Assembly: GCA_041736305.1 (NCBI GenBank) | Contig: JBGSTX010000334.1 | Location: 8,754 to 72,753, forward strand | Length of the DNA: 64,000 nucleotides | Direction of reading: 5' to 3' | From: Oligoflexus sp. | GTDB lineage: Bacteria; Bdellovibrionota_B; Oligoflexia; Oligoflexales; Oligoflexaceae | In this document: piece after piece, positions 57,889 to 64,000 of the stretch | Numbering within the stretch: position 1 is the stretch's first letter | How the letters are laid out: every line of letters begins with the position of its first letter | Notes under the pieces: model-generated | Database searches by the model: none | Seen by the model: the letters and a program-made list of their open reading frames with translations, nothing else | What the model was told of the DNA's origin: nothing | Made by a program: the position numbers and the translations under genes

Positions 57889-58548
57889 TTAACCCCTGAG
57901 AACCTGAAGAGCCTGCTCGCGACTGGCTGCTCCGTAGAAAAATGTTCCTGCGACTAGTAGGTTGGCCCCAGCTTCGACAACAAGGGGAGCCGTTTCAGCG
58001 TTGATACCGCCGTCGACTTCCAGCAGGACTTCTCGGCTTCGTCCTTCACGTTCGAGCATGGACTTTACTTGCCTTATTCGAGCGACACTGGCGGGTATAA
58101 AACTTTGGCCACCGAAGCCAGGATTGACTGACATTATATTTATCAGATCCACATACGGAAGAAGAGGCTCAAGCGCCGTGAGTGGCGTCCCGGGATTGAT
58201 CGCAACGCCAGCCTTGGCTCCATTTTCTTTGATCACGTGAATCAGCCGATGGCTATGAACTGCCGATTCTATTGGAAAGACGAGAATATCGGCTCCGGCA
58301 GCGACGTAATCCAGCGCAACCTGGTCGGGGTTGGAGACCATGATGTGCACGTCCAGCGGAATCTTCGAAATAGTCTTGATGGCTCGGATCAAAGGCAGAC
58401 CGTAGGAAAGATTGGGAACAAAATGCCCATCCATAACATCGACATGATGAAAATCGACACCGACTGCTTCTGCAGCCAGGAGCTCTTCTTCAAAGCGCAA
58501 AGGATTAGCAGCCAGAAGTGAAGGGGCCACCAAGACCTTAGGCTTCAT
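57889..58548 (-). CDS. rpe: ribulose-phosphate 3-epimerase
   Basis: APSLL, HVDVMDGHFVPN, DVHIM, MSVNPGFGGQ, EVDGGI. Confidence 0.96.
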   Translation of the reverse strand: MKPKVLVAPSLLAANPLRFEEELLAAEAVGVDFHHVDVMDGHFVPNLSYGLPLIRAIKTISKIPLDVHIMVSNPDQVALDYVAAGADILVFPIESAVHSHRLIHVIKENGAKAGVAINPGTPLTALEPLLPYVDLINIMSVNPGFGGQSFIPASVARIRQVKSMLEREGRSREVLLEVDGGINAETAPLVVEAGANLLVAGTFFYGAASREQALQVLRG

Positions 58549-59101
58549 TCTCGACTCCCTCAGTCAAGCGATGCCGCTTGAGGACCTTCTTTTTTACAAG
58601 CCCGGCTTTGAGGCGACTCATCCGTACCGTGAATACGATGCCATCGATATGGTCAATTTCATGCTGAAGGCAAACAGCGAAGAGACCGTTTGCGTGAACC
58701 TCGAAGGTTGTGCCTTCTTCATTTTGCGCGCGAATCCATACTTCAGAGGCCCTATCGACGAACTCATAGATTTCAGGAAAACTGAGACAGCCTTCCTGCC
58801 ACTTGATCTTGCCTTCCTTTTTGATGATGAGCGGATTAACAAAGGTCCAGCGCTTATCATGCCAGTCTTCCTTTGTTTCAGCTTCGGCAGGGTCCCTGCT
58901 TTCAGACCAAGGAATCAGTATAGTCAAGACGCGCTTAGCAACTCCGACCTGATTCGCAGCAAGGCCAATGCCTCCGGCCGCATCCATAGTATCGTGCATA
59001 TCCTGAACAAAAGACTTAAATTCTTCATTAAATTCAGTAACTTCTGTCGACTTTGTCTCCAGCACCTTTGCCGGCCACTCGACTACTTTCAAAATTGCCA
59101 T
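58538..59101 (-). CDS. def: peptide deformylase
   Basis: GIGLAANQ, EGCLS, QHEIDH. Confidence 0.96.
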   Translation of the reverse strand: MAILKVVEWPAKVLETKSTEVTEFNEEFKSFVQDMHDTMDAAGGIGLAANQVGVAKRVLTILIPWSESRDPAEAETKEDWHDKRWTFVNPLIIKKEGKIKWQEGCLSFPEIYEFVDRASEVWIRAQNEEGTTFEVHANGLFAVCLQHEIDHIDGIVFTVRMSRLKAGLVKKKVLKRHRLTEGVENEA

Positions 59102-59269
59102 CTTACTTCAAGCTCCTGCTGACCAGGGTGTCAAGGGAAGGGGGCCTTCCTCTAAAGGTTGCAAGCATACACATAGCAGCAAGGACGGATGGTGGTCCAG
59201 AGTCTTTAAGTCGTAGCTGGATTTACTAAAAAACTCTAAGCTCTGTAATTATTAACTATTTAAAAATCA

Positions 59270-59509
59270 TCAGAAGGTTTGTACGCCCTTATCCCCTTCC
59301 TTATCTGCCAATGCAGAGCGTACCATGACTTTTAGATCTTCCCAGGCACCGTTTGCCTGTTGATCCAGAAAGCTCACAAAGTTGTTTTCTACCAGAAGGC
59401 CGTGGGCATGATCAAAGAGGAGCTGACCACGCAGCGGAACAGAAAGAATAAAAACCCAGACAGCACCGATAGCTAAAGACTTCGCCAAGCTCTTTACAAA
59501 ATTTTTCAT
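59270..59509 (-). CDS. small hypothetical membrane protein
   Basis: GGGGG RBS-like run, N-terminal hydrophobic segment; fills the gap between lon and def. Confidence 0.55.
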   Translation of the reverse strand: MKNFVKSLAKSLAIGAVWVFILSVPLRGQLLFDHAHGLLVENNFVSFLDQQANGAWEDLKVMVRSALADKEGDKGVQTF

Positions 59510-59585
59510 CGATCCCCCAAAAAATGAAACGCCCCAGAGGGCGAGCCTCCAGAGCGACGGTTCTAGTATTGCACTATTCGGTATA

Positions 59586-62033
59586 CTAGCTAGCCAAACT
59601 CTTGTTGTCTCCCACTGTTGCTAATGGATCGAGTGGTACTTCGAGAATTTCAGTTTGGCCGAAGAGGACGTCGTAGACTTCATTATACTCCCTAACAAAA
59701 TGGACCTTCAAGGCACGGCGCATAGTCTGCGGTAGCTCTAGGTAGAGAGCGCGGTTTTTTTCTGGAATCACAACTTCGTCTATACCTTCGCGTAGGGCTG
59801 CTAAAAGCTTTTCTTTCAAACCGCCAATGGGTAGGACTTTGCCGTGGATAGTGATTTCCCCGGTCATCGCTACCCGCTTGGGAGCTTGTTTGAGAAGTGC
59901 TGAACAAATCGCGGTAGCCATAGCGATACCGGCTGAAGGCCCGTCTTTCGGAACGGCTCCGGCTGGGACATGGATATGCAGCTCGTTAAATTCGAAGCGA
60001 TCCGAACTAAGGTTGAAGTCATCCATCTTGGAGCGGACATAGCTCAGAGCAGCTTGCGCGGACTCCTTCATGACTTCACCCAGCTTACCGGTCAGGACGA
60101 GCTGATGCTTGCCAGTTGGGATCAAGGTACACTCAATGGCCATAACTTCGCCGCCATGCTGAGTATAGGCCAACCCCAAAGAGACTCCGATGTGAGGGTC
60201 CTTGTGGAAAAAGTTGTTGTCGAAACGCTCAGCACCCAGGTGCTTTTGAATGTGAGTGGGGGTAAGCTTGATGACACTGCGCTTGTTGTCAGGAGTTACC
60301 TCGTCCTGCTCGGCATACATGCGGGCAATTTTGCGACAGACCGAAGCGATTTTCTTCTCCAGGCTTCGCAGACCGCTTTCGCGGGTATAGCCGTTGATGA
60401 TCGCCGCTACGCAACTCTTGGTGAAAGACACTTCCTCGGCGTTGAGACCCGCCTCTTTCAGTTGCTTAGGGATCAAATACTGATTGGCAATAGCCAGCTT
60501 TTCCTCTTCCGAATAACCCGATACTTCAATAACTTCCAGGCGATCTCGAAGAGGAGCTGGTATGGTCTCAAGAGTATTGGCGTTGGCGATGAACATAACA
60601 TCAGAAAGATCAAAGGGTATCCCGAGGTAATGGTCGACGAAGTTCTTGTTCTGCTCCGGATCAAGAACTTCCAGCAGGGCCGACGATGGATCACCGCGAT
60701 GATCAGACGAAAGCTTATCAATTTCATCGAGCATGAGAACTGGATTTATAGCTCCGCAGTTTTTCATAGCTGTGATGATACGGCCCGGGAAAGCTCCAAC
60801 GTAGGTCTTACGATGACCGCGAATATCGGCTTCGTCGCGGACGCCACCGAGGGATATGCGAGCAAACTCGCGACCGAGCGATTTAGCGATCGATTTGCCT
60901 AGACTCGTTTTGCCGACGCCTGGAGGTCCTACGAAGCAAATAATTGGGCTCTTTGCCTGAGGGTTTAACTTTTTAACCGCTAAGTATTCGATGACCCTAT
61001 CTTTTACCTGATCGAGTCCAAAATGATCATGGTCGAGAATTGCCTTAGCTTTGTGAAGGTCAAGGCAGTCACTGGAACGCTTGTTCCAAGGTAGGGCGAG
61101 TATAGTTTCGATGTGAGTGCGCGTCAGGGCCGCTTCGCTCGTATCTTGATGCATTCTTTCCAGGCGCTTGATCTGGCGAGCAAGTTCCTCCTTGGCTTCT
61201 TTATTGAGCTCGAGAGTCTCAAGTTTCTGCCAGTACTGATCAATTTCATCTTTCCCATCCGAATCACCAAGCTCAGACTTGATCACTCGCATTTGCTCGC
61301 GCAGGTAGTGTTCGCGCTGCATACGACCGATTTCATCCTTGGCGTGCGATTGGATGCGCACCTGCATCTGGAAAACTTCGATCTCTCTTGAAAGGCAAGC
61401 ATAGACCTTCTTCAAACGATCCAGGGGCTGGTGAACAGCCAGGATGTTTTGAGCTTCTTGCACCTTAAGCCCAAGATTAGAGGCTACGAGGTCGGCGAGC
61501 CTGCCTGGTTCGTTGACGTCTTCGAGTATCATGAGGATGTCAGGAGACAAGACTTTACCTAACGTGACGACCTTCTCTAGGCTTTCACGTACCGAACGAA
61601 TTAAAGCTTCTATTTCGCTGGTATTGTTGGCTATTTTAACTTCCTGTATCGTCTGCACAACGACGTTTGGATAAGGCTCGCTCTGAACCAGTTCGCGAAC
61701 AATAGCCTTGTGAAGACCTTGTACCAAAACTTTCATTCGGCCATCAGGCAACTTGCGAGTACGCATGATAGAACAGACGGTCCCAATGTCATAAACATCG
61801 AAAGGCGGCTCGAGATGTGATTCGAGACCTTCGCCTTCATGTCCAACCACCTTAAAGGCGGAGAGGAATATTTTTCTCTGCTTGGCGAGCGCGCTTTCAA
61901 CCGCATTCACGCAGAGATCCTCGTTTATGAACACAGGAACAATCATGTTGGGAAAGACCACGATATCCTTGAGAGGCAGCAGTGGCATTTCACTGTTGAC
62001 AACTGCAAGCTTACCCTGATTGGATTCCGACAT
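59586..62033 (-). CDS. lon: ATP-dependent Lon protease
   Basis: PLLPLKDIVVFP, GPPGVGKTS, GHRKTYVG, LDEIDK, PKDGPSAG (Ser), PIGGLKEK (Lys). Confidence 0.96.
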   Translation of the reverse strand: MSESNQGKLAVVNSEMPLLPLKDIVVFPNMIVPVFINEDLCVNAVESALAKQRKIFLSAFKVVGHEGEGLESHLEPPFDVYDIGTVCSIMRTRKLPDGRMKVLVQGLHKAIVRELVQSEPYPNVVVQTIQEVKIANNTSEIEALIRSVRESLEKVVTLGKVLSPDILMILEDVNEPGRLADLVASNLGLKVQEAQNILAVHQPLDRLKKVYACLSREIEVFQMQVRIQSHAKDEIGRMQREHYLREQMRVIKSELGDSDGKDEIDQYWQKLETLELNKEAKEELARQIKRLERMHQDTSEAALTRTHIETILALPWNKRSSDCLDLHKAKAILDHDHFGLDQVKDRVIEYLAVKKLNPQAKSPIICFVGPPGVGKTSLGKSIAKSLGREFARISLGGVRDEADIRGHRKTYVGAFPGRIITAMKNCGAINPVLMLDEIDKLSSDHRGDPSSALLEVLDPEQNKNFVDHYLGIPFDLSDVMFIANANTLETIPAPLRDRLEVIEVSGYSEEEKLAIANQYLIPKQLKEAGLNAEEVSFTKSCVAAIINGYTRESGLRSLEKKIASVCRKIARMYAEQDEVTPDNKRSVIKLTPTHIQKHLGAERFDNNFFHKDPHIGVSLGLAYTQHGGEVMAIECTLIPTGKHQLVLTGKLGEVMKESAQAALSYVRSKMDDFNLSSDRFEFNELHIHVPAGAVPKDGPSAGIAMATAICSALLKQAPKRVAMTGEITIHGKVLPIGGLKEKLLAALREGIDEVVIPEKNRALYLELPQTMRRALKVHFVREYNEVYDVLFGQTEILEVPLDPLATVGDNKSLAS

Positions 62034-62084
62034 TCTTGACTCCCACTTATAAAAGGAATTCAGCTATTATTCATTCCAAGTCAT

Positions 62085-62111
62085 TTTTCGGCTTCCGCGT
62101 CGCAAACCTTA
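62085..62111 (-). promoter_or_regulatory. putative sigma28/FliA-like promoter for lon
   Basis: Minus strand TAAG-N15-GCCGAAAA, 51 nt upstream of the ATG. Confidence 0.55.
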
Positions 62112-62161
62112 GCAAGCGGCTCGATTATGCTTAGAACTTAGAGACCAGAGCTAAGATAAAT

Positions 62162-62614
62162 TCAGTCTTTTACATGAATGATGATGCAGAGATCACCGAT
62201 CTTCTCGTCGACTTGGTCGCCTAGCCCATGCACTACGATGACTTCCGGAAGAGCATCCGTGGGCTCTAGAACCAACTCGTGCGCTATCTTCTCTCTTTTA
62301 TCTATCTGCGTGTCGCCAGTGGTCTGTTTAATGCTGCGGGAAAGGCGAATCATCAATCTAATGGGAAGTTGAAGCTGAGCTCGGGAAATCGTGACAGGAT
62401 ATTGTAAGTCGAGCTTGCTGTGGTGCTGGCACCAGTGTTCGAATGAGATTTCTTCTACTCGAACTGAGGCACAAAAGGCCTTTAGGGTTTCGTCGTCATG
62501 GGTGCAGGAGGGGCCAGGAGGAGAATCGCCAGTGGGTTTCTTGGAAGATATCCCGGACCGACGATTCTTATCCACTTTAACCGATCTCTGCTTGACCAGA
62601 GGTCTTCGGAACAA
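62162..62614 (-). CDS. hypothetical protein resembling an isolated DnaJ C-terminal peptide-binding subdomain
   Basis: DLQYPVTIS...GLGD....IGDLCIIIHV; no J-domain HPD motif; start may be GTG 62575 just after the grpE stop. Confidence 0.5.
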   Translation of the reverse strand: MFRRPLVKQRSVKVDKNRRSGISSKKPTGDSPPGPSCTHDDETLKAFCASVRVEEISFEHWCQHHSKLDLQYPVTISRAQLQLPIRLMIRLSRSIKQTTGDTQIDKREKIAHELVLEPTDALPEVIVVHGLGDQVDEKIGDLCIIIHVKD

Positions 62615-63188
62615 AAACGCTTACCATTGACGGTCGCACCAAGCGTCCGTTAAGGGTATAACCCTTTTGGTATTGATCTTTGACCGTCTCGCCTTGCACT
62701 TCGTCACTCTCTACGCGCTGGATGGCTTGATGGAGGTTGGGGTCAAACTCCTTACCCTCTGCCTCGATAAGCTTCAGTCCATGATTTTCCAAGATTTGCA
62801 AAAACTGTCGGTGCACCATGCGCACGCCTTCGATTATGGGGTCGCTTACCCCCGAAGCTGTGACTTGGACGGCTTTTTCAAAACTGTCTAGCACGGGAAG
62901 CATGTCCTGCAGGAGTTTCTCTGAAGCATACTTGAGGAGATCAGCCCGCTCTCGCTCCTGGCGCTTGCGCATGTTCTCCATATCGGCTAGATTCCGCAGG
63001 TACCGGTCTTTGTAGTCCTGAACCTCTTCTTCCATTTCTCGGAGACGTTCTTCGAAATTCACCTGACCGTTGCTTTCAGATTTATCTGCTGCCATTTTCG
63101 CCTGGTTACCGCTTGCCTCAACAAAAGGCTGCGGTTCTTGATGATTGAAATTTTCTTTTTGTGTATCCACATTCATACGAGGGTTCAC
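62577..63188 (-). CDS. grpE: nucleotide exchange factor GrpE
   Basis: YLRNLADMENMRKR, LPVLDSFEKA, FDPNLHQA, QKGYTLNGRLVRPSMV. Confidence 0.95.
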   Translation of the reverse strand: MNPRMNVDTQKENFNHQEPQPFVEASGNQAKMAADKSESNGQVNFEERLREMEEEVQDYKDRYLRNLADMENMRKRQERERADLLKYASEKLLQDMLPVLDSFEKAVQVTASGVSDPIIEGVRMVHRQFLQILENHGLKLIEAEGKEFDPNLHQAIQRVESDEVQGETVKDQYQKGYTLNGRLVRPSMVSVFVPKTSGQAEIG

Positions 63189-63412
63189 TCGCTCCTTGCT
63201 TGCATTGATCCGGAGTAATTTTTACAACGCAAGCTTTTCAACTGCAAGACCTTGTGGCTCCTCGGGAAGCTTAAGAAAATCAATCTAACCCAATTTGTTT
63301 GGCGCATTAACTGTTATTCTGGCGCCCTATTTAAATGTTAAGGGGAATTAAGAGGGATGGAAAGTGGGCAAGCCTTGCCTGCCGCCCCTGGTCAGGTATC
63401 CAGGGTTGGTGA

Positions 63413-63441
63413 TTGACAGCTTGGAACTGCATGCGTTAAAT
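63413..63441 (+). promoter_or_regulatory. putative sigma70 promoter for fis
   Basis: TTGACA-N17-TTAAAT, 34 nt upstream of the ATG. Confidence 0.4.
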
Positions 63442-63475
63442 CTTTCTCACTTAAAAATGCAATGGTTCTCGATCT

Positions 63476-63904
63476 ATGACCGAGATCTTGCACATCCTTT
63501 CCGCCCATATTGGATCTGAGCTGCCGATGGATACGAACGTAGATCAATTGCCCTCGGAACCTATGTCAGGCTCGAATTTGGCGGCTGCTGCCCTTTCGGC
63601 TGAGACAGCTAAACGGCTATCTAATCTCGCAAGACGCGGTATACACATCGATGATGCCGACCTGATCACTCGCCTCGATCAGTACTCGATAGAGGATGTG
63701 GTCGAGCTGAAAATCTCACGCTTCTTTGATCAAATTGGTACATTTTATCCAGAAAATGTTTATGATTTGATTATGTCCAAAGTCGAAAAGCCACTGCTCG
63801 TGCAAATTTTGCGCAGGGTGGGTGGGAACCAGGTTCAGGCCGCAAAGATACTTGGCATTAATCGCAATACTCTGAGAAAAAAGATCAAACAATACGGCTT
63901 ATAA
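63476..63904 (+). CDS. fis: Fis family DNA-binding protein
   Basis: VYDLIMSKVEKPLL...GGNQVQAAKILGINRNTLRKKIKQYGL. Confidence 0.85.
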   Translation: MTEILHILSAHIGSELPMDTNVDQLPSEPMSGSNLAAAALSAETAKRLSNLARRGIHIDDADLITRLDQYSIEDVVELKISRFFDQIGTFYPENVYDLIMSKVEKPLLVQILRRVGGNQVQAAKILGINRNTLRKKIKQYGL

Positions 63905-64000
63905 ATATCGACTTAAGAAAGTCGATAAAGGCGTCACTCATTCATCAAGGTCGCTCACAGAACCTTCTTGGAAGAGATTCTGAAAAGAGACATACTGCGG

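Noticed and set aside
59970-60902. 310 aa plus-strand ORF
   Set aside because: Fully antisense to the conserved Lon ATPase domain and has no recognisable motifs; a shadow ORF.
63189-63400. CIRCE or sigma32 heat-shock element upstream of grpE
   Set aside because: No TTAGCACTC-N9-GAGTGCTAA and no CCCCAT -10 box found.

Overview
A 64-kb, gene-dense stretch of bacterial core chromosome. Gene content suggests Bdellovibrionota/Oligoflexia (inference from tandem DUF3015, DUF4105, pilT-pilC and many orphan lipoproteins). Housekeeping genes include pilT, pilC, kdsA, tRNA-Phe, secG, tRNA-Leu, queG, aroE, ribF, ppk1-ppx-holA, map, yacG, nifU-like, cyoE, an slt-type transglycosylase, rnhB, yraN, rplS, scpA-meaB, gltA, a rhomboid protease, hutH, rpe, def, lon, grpE and fis. 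I found no integrase, IS, prophage or CRISPR array. The best candidate for an undescribed system is a coupled two-gene unit at 38494-41434. It pairs a PhcB-like SAM methyltransferase (Ralstonia-type fatty-acid methyl ester quorum-signal synthase family) with a PhcS-like membrane sensor fused to an atypical class III nucleotide cyclase instead of a histidine kinase. Other observations are a recurring sigma28/FliA-like promoter motif before non-flagellar genes, two genes that seem to need non-canonical (ATT/CTG) starts, and several proteins with altered catalytic motifs. All family calls come from motif recognition by eye, with no database search.
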